DNA of 59,250 nucleotides, counting the filler. It is 6 parts of 6 records of this genome, joined end to end, with 100 filler letters (N's around TTAATTAATTAA, not from the genome) between each part and the next. Parts side by side here need not be neighbours in the genome. Positions count along the whole stretch, not along the records: positions 26,114 to 36,151 come from DRR723986_10017; positions 36,252 to 46,587 come from DRR723986_10020; 4 more parts are not named here. The stretch is one strand, 5' to 3'. Position 1 is the stretch's first letter. The number at the start of each line of letters is the position of its first letter. The position numbers and the translations under genes are program-made. Shown here piece by piece: positions 27,263 through 36,294 of the stretch. The notes beneath the pieces were generated by a model. It made no database searches, was not told the DNA's origin, and saw nothing but the letters and a program-made list of their open reading frames with translations.

Positions 27263-28000
27263 ATAATAAAAAACTCTACCGCGTTTGTACTCTTGTGTTT
27301 TCTCGTTGTCTCCTGTGGTCTGGACTCACAAATTGCCCGCGATCCGGATCAGGCTTCCAAAGAATATGTCAAGCTTTACTTAGATGGCGACTATGCAGCC
27401 ATTTACGAGGATGCCTCCTTTGAAATGCAAGCTCATATCTCCGAAGAAGTATTTTTGCGGCTTAACAATGTCCTGAAAGACCTAAACGGCAAAATGGTGG
27501 ACGCTAGGCTCCTACGTGAAACGAGTGGAGAGTACAGAATTTGGCCAACAACCATCTATGAATATCAGGTGAAGAATGCCGCAGGCCAGAAATTTGATTT
27601 GACGGCCGAATTTTTACAGGGTTACCTGTTAAGAAGCCATCTTGATGCACCAGAATGGGCCGATGAGCCTGATCTGGCCAAACAATTGGTCACTCCAATT
27701 GCGAAACTTGTTCACGGGCTAGAGTATCACAAAATTTATGAGTTGCTTGATGCAGAATTCCCACTTGAACAGGTTAAAGCTTCAATGCAGGGAATTGCAG
27801 AAACCTGTGAAGGCGTTCCAAGTCGTTATGCTAACGTTGTGTCACAAGACGCCAAAAATGGCAAGATGATGATCCGCTTTGTGTACGCCTATGAAGGTGA
27901 AGGTTATCTGGATTACAGGTTTTATATCGAAGATGATGGCTACAAATTTGGCGGTGTATTTTTTAATGAGAATACATCACTGAAACTGCCGGCAGAGTAA
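27263..28000 (+). CDS. Hypothetical lipoprotein
   Basis: Lipobox VVSC; a complete signal peptide needs a start at ATA 27263, otherwise TTG 27293. Confidence 0.65.
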   Translation: MIKNSTAFVLLCFLVVSCGLDSQIARDPDQASKEYVKLYLDGDYAAIYEDASFEMQAHISEEVFLRLNNVLKDLNGKMVDARLLRETSGEYRIWPTTIYEYQVKNAAGQKFDLTAEFLQGYLLRSHLDAPEWADEPDLAKQLVTPIAKLVHGLEYHKIYELLDAEFPLEQVKASMQGIAETCEGVPSRYANVVSQDAKNGKMMIRFVYAYEGEGYLDYRFYIEDDGYKFGGVFFNENTSLKLPAE

Positions 28001-28086
28001 ACTTAACATTGCCAAATGTTAATAGCGATCCTGTTCGCATCATTTGCCCCCTCAGTTCTCACTCAAAACATCAACTTAACATTTCT

Positions 28087-28119
28087 AGCCTCACCGACTG
28101 CAGTCGGTGAGGCTTTTTT
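28087..28119 (+). terminator. Intrinsic terminator
   Basis: Perfect 28-bp palindrome AGCCTCACCGACTGCAGTCGGTGAGGCT followed by a T-run. Confidence 0.8.
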
Positions 28120-28426
28120 GTTGACTGCACACTTCTACATTGATGCCCGGCCCTTGGCTTGAGATTTGACGGCTGGAAGTGGACTGGACGAAACATTATA
28201 TTCAAACACATTAACTAACAGAAAAAAGACAAGCAAGCCGCCAAATGTCAATGCGGGAGGCGAAGCGCGCAAGCGAACAAGCTGGAAGGCGCGCAGCGAC
28301 AAGAGCGAAGTGACTCAAAACGGGTCGCAATTATTCAGGCGTTCAATATTTTTTTTGGCTATCAAATTCTCGCTGACTAAATTCGAGTGATTAACTTCTA
28401 TTACTGCAGTATTTTTCGGTGAGATC

Positions 28427-29653
28427 ATGTGTATCCGCGCCTTCATTTTAGTCTGTGTACTGACTGGTATGCACACGGCAACACAATCGCATGCGCAAGA
28501 ATCGTTCAACGATTTGCTGGTGCACGATACTACCCTGGTTTCCGAGTTTAGCCTGGAAGCGCCGGACATATTTCGTGCCGTGGATCTACATGACGACGAG
28601 CTTTGGCTGTTTATGATGGAGGTGGAAGACGACTCGCTTGTGCTCTGGAACGTGCAGCTGGAGCAACACATCACACGCAAAATGCGTGCAGCGCTGCCGG
28701 CCACTGTTGAAGATGTCTCACGCATTTATGTTAAAACACTGGCTGCAAATGCCGCCGATTTTGTGATTAGTATCGATCATACTACTGTCCTGCATTACGT
28801 CCAGGACTCCAAAAGTCGATTAACCTTAAACAGTCAACTGCAATCGCCGTTTAAGTTTCAAGAGCTGAAATTTTTTGACAATAATTTACTCGGCTGGCAG
28901 GTTTACAATTACCATCCCAAAGATGCGATCCACCCGCGCCTGATTGCCAAATATCAAATGGATGACATGTCCCTGCAGAAATCAATTCATCCAAGATTTC
29001 ACCCGCTGGCGCTAACACATTTCAGCCCCAATCAATGGGTCACAGTCGGTGATCAGCGAATTGCCGCTGCGAACGCGGCCACCTACGAGATTACGATTTA
29101 CAATCGCGAGCTGGAAGTAGAACATGTTTTACAGCGTGATAAACCGCCCTACTGGCAACAAATTGATACGCTCGAAATTGTTAAACGAATCAAAGACGTG
29201 CGCCCGGAAGCAGCCAAAACGCGAATCGAGCGCGTCAGTCCTTTGTATGACGAAGCTTCAACACTCAATTACATTCAATTTCTGGGTGACAACATCCTGG
29301 CCGCCCGTGTCCGCTCCGGCTTTTTGGAGAGTGGTTACCCGCGCTATATCTGGGATGTTTGGAGATTCGAAGATGGAAAGTGGCGCCTTTGGAAACAAGA
29401 CTTGCCACGCGTATTCCGGCGTCACAATAAGAACGTGATTACATCTGATTCATATCCAATAATTAGCTTTGGCAATATGATGTATCTCAATCAAAACTAC
29501 CTCGTCGCGCTACGTTATGGCTCGGGCGCGCCCCTGGCAGGCAAGAGCTATGAAGACTTTGAACAAGCCGAAGACGACTTCCTGACCGAACATCCAATGC
29601 GTTTAATTGCTGAAGTATTCCGCTGGAAGTGGACACTCAGCGGCAAGGATTAA
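28427..29653 (+). CDS. Hypothetical exported protein (possibly beta-propeller)
   Basis: 408-aa ORF with signal peptide ending SHA-Q; beta-rich pattern; fold is a guess. Confidence 0.7.
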   Translation: MCIRAFILVCVLTGMHTATQSHAQESFNDLLVHDTTLVSEFSLEAPDIFRAVDLHDDELWLFMMEVEDDSLVLWNVQLEQHITRKMRAALPATVEDVSRIYVKTLAANAADFVISIDHTTVLHYVQDSKSRLTLNSQLQSPFKFQELKFFDNNLLGWQVYNYHPKDAIHPRLIAKYQMDDMSLQKSIHPRFHPLALTHFSPNQWVTVGDQRIAAANAATYEITIYNRELEVEHVLQRDKPPYWQQIDTLEIVKRIKDVRPEAAKTRIERVSPLYDEASTLNYIQFLGDNILAARVRSGFLESGYPRYIWDVWRFEDGKWRLWKQDLPRVFRRHNKNVITSDSYPIISFGNMMYLNQNYLVALRYGSGAPLAGKSYEDFEQAEDDFLTEHPMRLIAEVFRWKWTLSGKD

Positions 29654-29659
29654 CGTAAC

Positions 29660-30367
29660 ATGTGTACACCAAAACAAGGTCAAAACAGATTCGGGCACTG
29701 GATATATCTACTGGTCCTGTGTGCTGCAGTTGTCTCAGTCTCATCTGCGAACTATTCGGCCGTGCCCGCACTTAAACAATCCGACACCACAACTGAGAAT
29801 AAAGCCCTGGACGATAGTGTATCGGCGGCTATTGACTTAACAGAATTGCGTGCCGAACAGTTCACCGCTGTTACACTTAAACGCGACACGGTCCATCTAT
29901 TATCGCTGCACGACAGCTGTGTTCTGCTGGTGTTTGCGAACCGCTATCAATGCCACACCTGTTTTGCCAAGATTGGACACTTTGTGCGCGATTCACTGGG
30001 GCTGGATAGCAGCCGCGTCATGATAGCCGCCCTGGCGCGCTTCGGTTCCAAAGCCTTGGACCGCCGCGCTGCACGTGCGCGCCTACAGGAAATCTTGCCG
30101 CAGGCCGACACCGTCCTGTTTGACATACAGCCACATAAACGCGACGGTTTTCCGCCGCGCGAAGTGCAAGGCGGTTTGCATGGCGCGCTCGATATCAGCT
30201 ACACTCCGCAGGTTTTGCTGTTAAACAGACGTGACTCCTCGACCAGGCACTTGTTTCGTTATCGGGAACTTTACATCACAGGCGCGGAAAACGCCGACTC
30301 TTTGGGTCTGCTTTCCTGGGAAGGCAAACACAGGCTAACCGAGGCATTGAGACGGCAAGGCCGTTAG
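29660..30367 (+). CDS. Exported thioredoxin-fold-like protein
   Basis: Signal/TM segment; LLVFANRYQCHTC CxxC and later YTPQVLLL cis-Pro-like motif. Confidence 0.6.
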   Translation: MCTPKQGQNRFGHWIYLLVLCAAVVSVSSANYSAVPALKQSDTTTENKALDDSVSAAIDLTELRAEQFTAVTLKRDTVHLLSLHDSCVLLVFANRYQCHTCFAKIGHFVRDSLGLDSSRVMIAALARFGSKALDRRAARARLQEILPQADTVLFDIQPHKRDGFPPREVQGGLHGALDISYTPQVLLLNRRDSSTRHLFRYRELYITGAENADSLGLLSWEGKHRLTEALRRQGR

Positions 30368-30447
30368 AAACATTCCGCAAAACGCGGTTTCGATAGTGAA
30401 CACCTCTGAGTCAACTCATCATAATTATCAGTTTATAGTTAACTCAT

Positions 30448-31857
30448 TTAGGGCTTAACCGTAAACTGTCCCATCATGCCCGCATCTTCATGTTCCAACA
30501 AATGGCAGTGATACATATAGGGAAAATCATCGCCGGCTTCAAACTCAAAACGCAGTAAGACTTCTGCATCGCCGTAGGGCATCATGGTGTCCTTCCAGCC
30601 TTGGTCTTCGGGTGCCGGTGTCCTACCGTTAACAGAGAGAATCAAAAACGAGACGCCGTGCATGTGGAAGGGGTGCCGGCGTGAATCGATTTCCCACTTT
30701 TCCAGGTCCCCCAACTTGACGCGTTCATTGATAACACGCATGTCCATCTGCCGGTCATTGATTTCCATGTCTTCCAGTTCAAAAGACCGCGCTCTAACTA
30801 CGTCACCAGTGTTGTACCTTTGGATATTGTTTAAGTTTTGTGAAATCGACGTATTCTGCGGAGTCAAGCTTTCGTCAACCCTTAAATACAGCACGCGGCT
30901 GCGGGGCACGCCCGCCCCACCGGTTTTGGAGTTGGGGCGCAGAAAATAGGCCATCAGTTCTACATCACCCGTCGACATGTCAATTACGATTTCATTGCGT
31001 TCGCCCGGTGCCATGCTCAAGCGGGTAAGCTGAACCGGAGAATTCAGGAAACCACCTTCCGTGGCAATTTTGTAAAACGGCTGGTTGTCACTCAGGAAAA
31101 ACTCGTAGGAGCGCGCATTGGATCCATTTAACAAGCGTAAACGAACATTGCCATTGGCCACAGTCAAATAAGGATCAACCGTGCCATTTACAACCAGCGT
31201 TGGTTCTCTTAATCCATTTTGCATTCGCGCAGCTGAACCAGGGTGAGTTAACATTTGTCCCCCCGAAAAGGTCCGGTCCTGAATTATCAAGGGAATGTCA
31301 TCCTCACCATAATTATTCGGCAGATTCAGACTTTGTGAATTGTCGTCCTCTACCAAATAAAACCCCGCCAGTCCGGAATGCACGTGTTCCGCCGTTTTGC
31401 CCATTAGATGCGGATGGTACCAGTTTGTTGATGCCTCCTGGCGGATTGGCAGAGTTACGTCCCAGGTCGCTCCCGGTTCTATGCGACTTTGCGGTCCACC
31501 ATCCACATTGCCGGGCACATGCAAACCATGTCCATGCACTGTTGTAGGCTCACCAATGTTATTGGTGAACTGAATGCGCGTGTCTTCATTTTTGTACATC
31601 CGAATCGTGGGCCCCAGATAATCCCCATTAAACCCCCTGGTTTGGCTTGGTCTGCCTTCAAAAAACTCATGCGCACCTTCCTGGATAGAAATGGCGATTC
31701 CACCTGCATTTAACCTGCTGTCAATTAACGGCGGAATGTAGAGATCATTCATAGAGTCAAAGGACTCAACGGAGTCCAGAAAACCCCCATCATCACAGGC
31801 GCTGAGGAATAAGCCACTTACAATTACAACACAGAAAATAACCTTTAGGCTTCGCAT
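30448..31857 (-). CDS. Multicopper oxidase (CueO/laccase-like) lipoprotein
   Basis: Cu motifs HGHG, WYHPH, HPFHMHG, HCHLLEHEDAGMM; lipobox LSAC. Confidence 0.93.
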   Translation of the reverse strand: MRSLKVIFCVVIVSGLFLSACDDGGFLDSVESFDSMNDLYIPPLIDSRLNAGGIAISIQEGAHEFFEGRPSQTRGFNGDYLGPTIRMYKNEDTRIQFTNNIGEPTTVHGHGLHVPGNVDGGPQSRIEPGATWDVTLPIRQEASTNWYHPHLMGKTAEHVHSGLAGFYLVEDDNSQSLNLPNNYGEDDIPLIIQDRTFSGGQMLTHPGSAARMQNGLREPTLVVNGTVDPYLTVANGNVRLRLLNGSNARSYEFFLSDNQPFYKIATEGGFLNSPVQLTRLSMAPGERNEIVIDMSTGDVELMAYFLRPNSKTGGAGVPRSRVLYLRVDESLTPQNTSISQNLNNIQRYNTGDVVRARSFELEDMEINDRQMDMRVINERVKLGDLEKWEIDSRRHPFHMHGVSFLILSVNGRTPAPEDQGWKDTMMPYGDAEVLLRFEFEAGDDFPYMYHCHLLEHEDAGMMGQFTVKP

Positions 31858-32027
31858 GTCCCCTACTCCAGCATTACAGTCATCGGGTCGACTATAGCAC
31901 TTGATTGAATCCCGTCCAACTTCCTGCGCCGGCATCCACCGTCGCAATGGAAGTCTCACCAGCGGAACCGAATCAAAAGCAATCGCTCCAGGTCTGACCA
32001 CTAAGACCCTGAGTTTCGATCATAACA

Positions 32028-32043
32028 TCATTACATGTAATGA
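32028..32043. promoter_or_regulatory. Perfect 16-bp palindrome, candidate operator
   Basis: TCATTACATGTAATGA ~170 bp upstream of the multicopper oxidase. Confidence 0.4.
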
Positions 32044-32810
32044 CTGACGCAGGTCTTTCAGTTGAAACTGTTTCTGAGAATCAACCGACAACTCATAAGT
32101 GCCGCGAAGCTCAGAGAAGTTGCGTAGACGATCGGACCGGCAATCAAACTGCCAGAGTAATCCTGCTCAAAAAATAAGAACATCCAGCGATTATTTTATT
32201 TGCATTCATACATTAATTTACCTACATTAACACCACAGCAAAATGATCGGCAACATACTGGAGGACTTCCACCTTATCGGCATGGCTCAAGCCTGCCCGT
32301 TTCCAGAAAGAGAACATCTGCGGCACAGACCAACTGTGCAAGTCAGCTTGTTATAGCTCTGTTCTCATGACACTGCCCGCTGAACAGTAGACCTGTGGTT
32401 AACCGAAATCTACCGAAAGAGTAGGAATCCACATCATTACCAGTCTCTATTGTGCCCTGTTCGCGACCGTCCACATCAGCCACTCCCAGTGATTGCTTTT
32501 AGCAACGGCACTCCTTGAAGGCCGACACACCGCTGGTTTAACTAACTGTTATTGTTCCTGCACTTCAACGTCAAAATAATATGACGGGCATAACTGCTGT
32601 GCTGTTTAATTTGTGCATGTTCTGCTCAACTGGTCGTTAATTCATTCCGAGCATATAGCTGCCTGGTCGCATTGCATTTCATGCCGCGGGGAACCATCCT
32701 CAATTTTTAACAACTATTAAGCTGCACCGTTAGCGTGCGGCCGGATCTCCCCATACCAAAAAGTACCGCTGCCTTCATTTAACATTTAAGCACATTAATT
32801 GGAATTACTC

Positions 32811-35546
32811 ATGACACGATTAACACATTCTCAACCATGGTCGGCTCTCAAGGGTTTAGCCGCACTACTCTGTTGTTTAACACTTTGTTGCGCTTTCCCT
32901 GGCGCATTAACAGCACAGGATGATTGCTGCGAATACGCCACTCTGCGATATGAAAACTCGACCGAAGACGGTAAATGTTGTTTTAAACTTTATCTGGATG
33001 TAGACCCGGGTAGCCCCTGTGAATTCATTGGTTATCAAATGTGGGTTTATGGTCTGGACACCGACATCTCTGTTCTTGATTATGGCAGTTTTGTCACCAG
33101 CGTCTCTGGTAGCGTCATGACCTGGAATGGTTGCTTTAAAGAGGGTAGCAACTATTTGGGAACAGTTTGTATCGGTACTGGAGCCGCAAACTCCTGGACA
33201 CTTATCACAAGTTACTTTAATGCCGAAACACAAAAGTGGGTTGGCTGCCCGGATGCGGTCGAAATCCATTGTGCAATCGACGCCGGTTCTCTCTCGGGAA
33301 CCAAGTATCTGGACCAGAACTGCAATGGCATCAAAGATGAAAATGAACCCGGTCTGGAAGGTTGGACAATCAAAATTATCAACAAGGACAACAACCAGAC
33401 TCAGACTGCTGTCACTGATGTCAATGGTAATTACAGCTTTACCGGCCTGGACCTGGCTCCGTGGTATGTCTACGAGCTGCAACAGGCGGGCTGGGCACAA
33501 ACGGCTCCGCCCCTGGGACACTACTACATCGTATTGAGTGATGGTGATGATATTGTTAATCTTGATTTTGGTAACATTCCGATTTGCGAAGAACCCGAAT
33601 CCGAAACCTACCTTGCCGGTTCAAAAGACGACTTCGGCGGAACCCCAGACGATCCACCGGCTTCACCGAGTGAAGAATTGGCTGAGTACCTCTCAGGTCG
33701 CAGCCTTGTTGGGTTTGACAACTCCAGCAACAATCGCTTTTTTGCACATAGCTTCACTGGTTATGCCAAAGACAACTGCTGTCTGGTGGGAGCACAGTTA
33801 ACAATTCGCCTGAAGGCAAATACTGGGTACACCCAAAACGATGGTATTGCTTTTGTAGAAGACGGCGCAGTGGCCTACTATAACAGGTTTGAGAACATGG
33901 TGCCAAGCTGGCCACCAACCGGTGCCGCTACAGTTGTACTTGACCTTGGAGACCTGACGGAAACATTTCGCGGTACCAGTGTACTGCCCGCAATGCTCGA
34001 CGGAACGCTCGATCTTTACATTCAGGATGACACACAAATAGATTGGATGGAATTAACAGTTGATTACTGCTGCCCGGTCGATTGCTGTGAGTTTTTAACG
34101 CCGCTTGGTAAAAATAATCTCGAGGGTGGAGACTGCTGTTTTGATCTGCAATTCGAGGTTGAAGAAGAAATGCCTTGCGAAATTTCTGCAGTACGGATGA
34201 CAGTCGCTAACCCAGGTACCGACATTGAATATACCGGCGACGGTAGCCATGATTACGCAATTAATGGTCAGCAAATAGTTGTTACTCTTTCACAGAATGC
34301 AACTCCTGGTATTATAGACCTGGGAACTTATTGCTTTACGAGTTTCCCGCAATATCAGTCTTATGCGGTCCTGTTTGAGTACTTCGATGAAAACACCGGC
34401 GAATGGATAAATTGCAACAAAATCATTACGCTGGAATGCCTGATTGATGAAGGCAGCATCTGTGGTACGAAGTTTAATGACCTGAATTGCAATGGTGTAC
34501 AGGATCCGGGCGAAACCGGAATAGGTGACTGGGAAATTAACATCAGGAATGCAGCGAACGGCGTAACACTTTCCGTAACAACTGATGCCGATGGTAACTA
34601 CAAATTCCAGGGACTGGAGTTCGCCACCTGGTCTGTGTACGAAACTCAGCAAAGCGGTTGGTCACAAACCTTCCCAGCAAGCGGTGCCTACCTAGTTACA
34701 TTGCAGTCAAGTATTCCCGTAGAAGACCTTGATTTTGGCAATGTTCAAATCTGTAAAAATCCCGTCGTGACGCAGTATCAAGCTGGAGAAATTGGGGATG
34801 TCTGGACGTTGGCAACACCAAGCGATGAACTACGCGAATTCCTGGAAGGCCGCAGTCCGATCGTAGGTTTTGGAAATGAGACCCCAAATCGACATTTCGC
34901 ACATTCCTTTACCGATTTCCAGCAAATTATCGACAATGGTTGTTGTATTGTTGGTGCAACCTTAACATTCCAGGCCAGCACTAATGACGATTGGCTTAGT
35001 CACAATGACAACCTGGTATTTGTGCAGGATGGCCAGGTGATTTATAGTCGCCGCATTGGCGACCTGGCCGGTGGAATCCTCTGGCGCGATCAGCCTCCAA
35101 CTGTCATCACTGTGGACCTTGGTAATCTGACGCCCGGCAGAACTACCAGTATTCTACCTTCGCTGTTGGATGGTCAACTCGACTTCTACGTGCAGGACGA
35201 CACCCGCATTGACTGGGCTCTGCTGGACATTACGTTCTGTTGTGAAGGTGGTGGAGTACCCTCGCCTGTTGACGAAATTCCACAGTTAAAGTCCAGTTTA
35301 CTCACGCCTAATCCAGCAACTGAGACATTAAACTTTGATTTCAGTCTGGAACAAGCCGGCAATCTTGACATCGTAATTGTTAACAATCTCGGTCAGATTG
35401 TTGTTGCAATGGACCCACAACTCTTTGAGTCCGGATCACATTCTCTAAACTTCGATGTTCAAAACCTGCCACAGGGCGCCTACTTTGTCCGCGTTGGCTC
35501 CAATAACGCCTGGAGTTCAACACTACCGTTTTCAATTGTCCGCTAA
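32811..35546 (+). CDS. T9SS type A sorting-domain protein with two tandem Cys-rich / SdrD-B-like modules
   Basis: Signal peptide; GTKYLDQNCNG...EPGLEGW / GTKFNDLNCNG...GETGIGDW SdrD-B-like repeats; CTD PNPA...NNLGQ...LPQGAYFVRV. Confidence 0.85.
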   Translation: MTRLTHSQPWSALKGLAALLCCLTLCCAFPGALTAQDDCCEYATLRYENSTEDGKCCFKLYLDVDPGSPCEFIGYQMWVYGLDTDISVLDYGSFVTSVSGSVMTWNGCFKEGSNYLGTVCIGTGAANSWTLITSYFNAETQKWVGCPDAVEIHCAIDAGSLSGTKYLDQNCNGIKDENEPGLEGWTIKIINKDNNQTQTAVTDVNGNYSFTGLDLAPWYVYELQQAGWAQTAPPLGHYYIVLSDGDDIVNLDFGNIPICEEPESETYLAGSKDDFGGTPDDPPASPSEELAEYLSGRSLVGFDNSSNNRFFAHSFTGYAKDNCCLVGAQLTIRLKANTGYTQNDGIAFVEDGAVAYYNRFENMVPSWPPTGAATVVLDLGDLTETFRGTSVLPAMLDGTLDLYIQDDTQIDWMELTVDYCCPVDCCEFLTPLGKNNLEGGDCCFDLQFEVEEEMPCEISAVRMTVANPGTDIEYTGDGSHDYAINGQQIVVTLSQNATPGIIDLGTYCFTSFPQYQSYAVLFEYFDENTGEWINCNKIITLECLIDEGSICGTKFNDLNCNGVQDPGETGIGDWEINIRNAANGVTLSVTTDADGNYKFQGLEFATWSVYETQQSGWSQTFPASGAYLVTLQSSIPVEDLDFGNVQICKNPVVTQYQAGEIGDVWTLATPSDELREFLEGRSPIVGFGNETPNRHFAHSFTDFQQIIDNGCCIVGATLTFQASTNDDWLSHNDNLVFVQDGQVIYSRRIGDLAGGILWRDQPPTVITVDLGNLTPGRTTSILPSLLDGQLDFYVQDDTRIDWALLDITFCCEGGGVPSPVDEIPQLKSSLLTPNPATETLNFDFSLEQAGNLDIVIVNNLGQIVVAMDPQLFESGSHSLNFDVQNLPQGAYFVRVGSNNAWSSTLPFSIVR

Positions 35547-35577
35547 TTAACATCAATTGTTAACTGACTTTTTGCTT

Positions 35578-35616
35578 GGGCCACACGTCTCGTTCAGAGA
35601 TGTGTGGCCCTTTTTT
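35578..35616 (+). terminator. Intrinsic terminator
   Basis: GGGCCACACGTCT / AGATGTGTGGCCC stem followed by T6. Confidence 0.85.
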
Positions 35617-36122
35617 GTTCTCGGCATTTTATTCCCTTCTGTCCGCGACTCGGCTTAACAGTCGGATTTTACACCTGGAATAATTACACTCTCTTTCTGA
35701 GCACTTCGCCGTCTTGCATTCCGGCTTGTTTGTAAGAGCGCTGCGCCCCCCGCATTAACATTTGGTGGCTGGCTTTTTCTTATTGTTAGTCTCGCCGCCG
35801 CAAACCCCAATTCGCCAATGTTTGCCAAAAGTACTCCAGGCTGAAGACGGGCGAACTTGTCAAGCGCAATACTTTAAGATTGAAATACCTGAACCATACT
35901 ATACAAAGACTAACAAGAGAATCAGGAAAGCTATGCCGCAGGCATAAAGCGTTTTATCAGACCGATCTACTGATCCAGGCAATTTCAAATGATCGTGGGT
36001 TTGGCTGGAGGTCATGCAATGCTAAGGTGTAGAATTTACCACATTTGCACCGTGAGTGCTGTTACACCGTTTTTCTGTCCAGAAGTGATTTGTCCATTGT
36101 CTGATTGCCCCTTTTCACCCGC

Positions 36123-36151
36123 TGTCCATCCACTGTCCATCCACTGTCCAT
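36123..36151 (+). repeat. Short tandem repeat (TGTCCATCCAC)n at contig edge
   Basis: Two full 11-bp units plus a partial unit. Confidence 0.8.
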
Positions 36152-36251
36152 NNNNNNNNNNNNNNNNNNNNNNNNNNNNNNNNNNNNNNNNNNNNTTAAT
36201 TAATTAANNNNNNNNNNNNNNNNNNNNNNNNNNNNNNNNNNNNNNNNNNNN
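36152..36251. other. Artificial contig linker
   Basis: N-run with central TTAATTAATTAA. Confidence 0.99.
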
Positions 36252-36294
36252 GCCGCCCCCTTCGAAGTCTTGTGGCGGCGGCGCGCCGGGCGGG

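Noticed and set aside
35762-36151. Short ORFs at the end of contig 3
   Set aside because: No motifs or convincing translation signals; one runs into the repeat and linker
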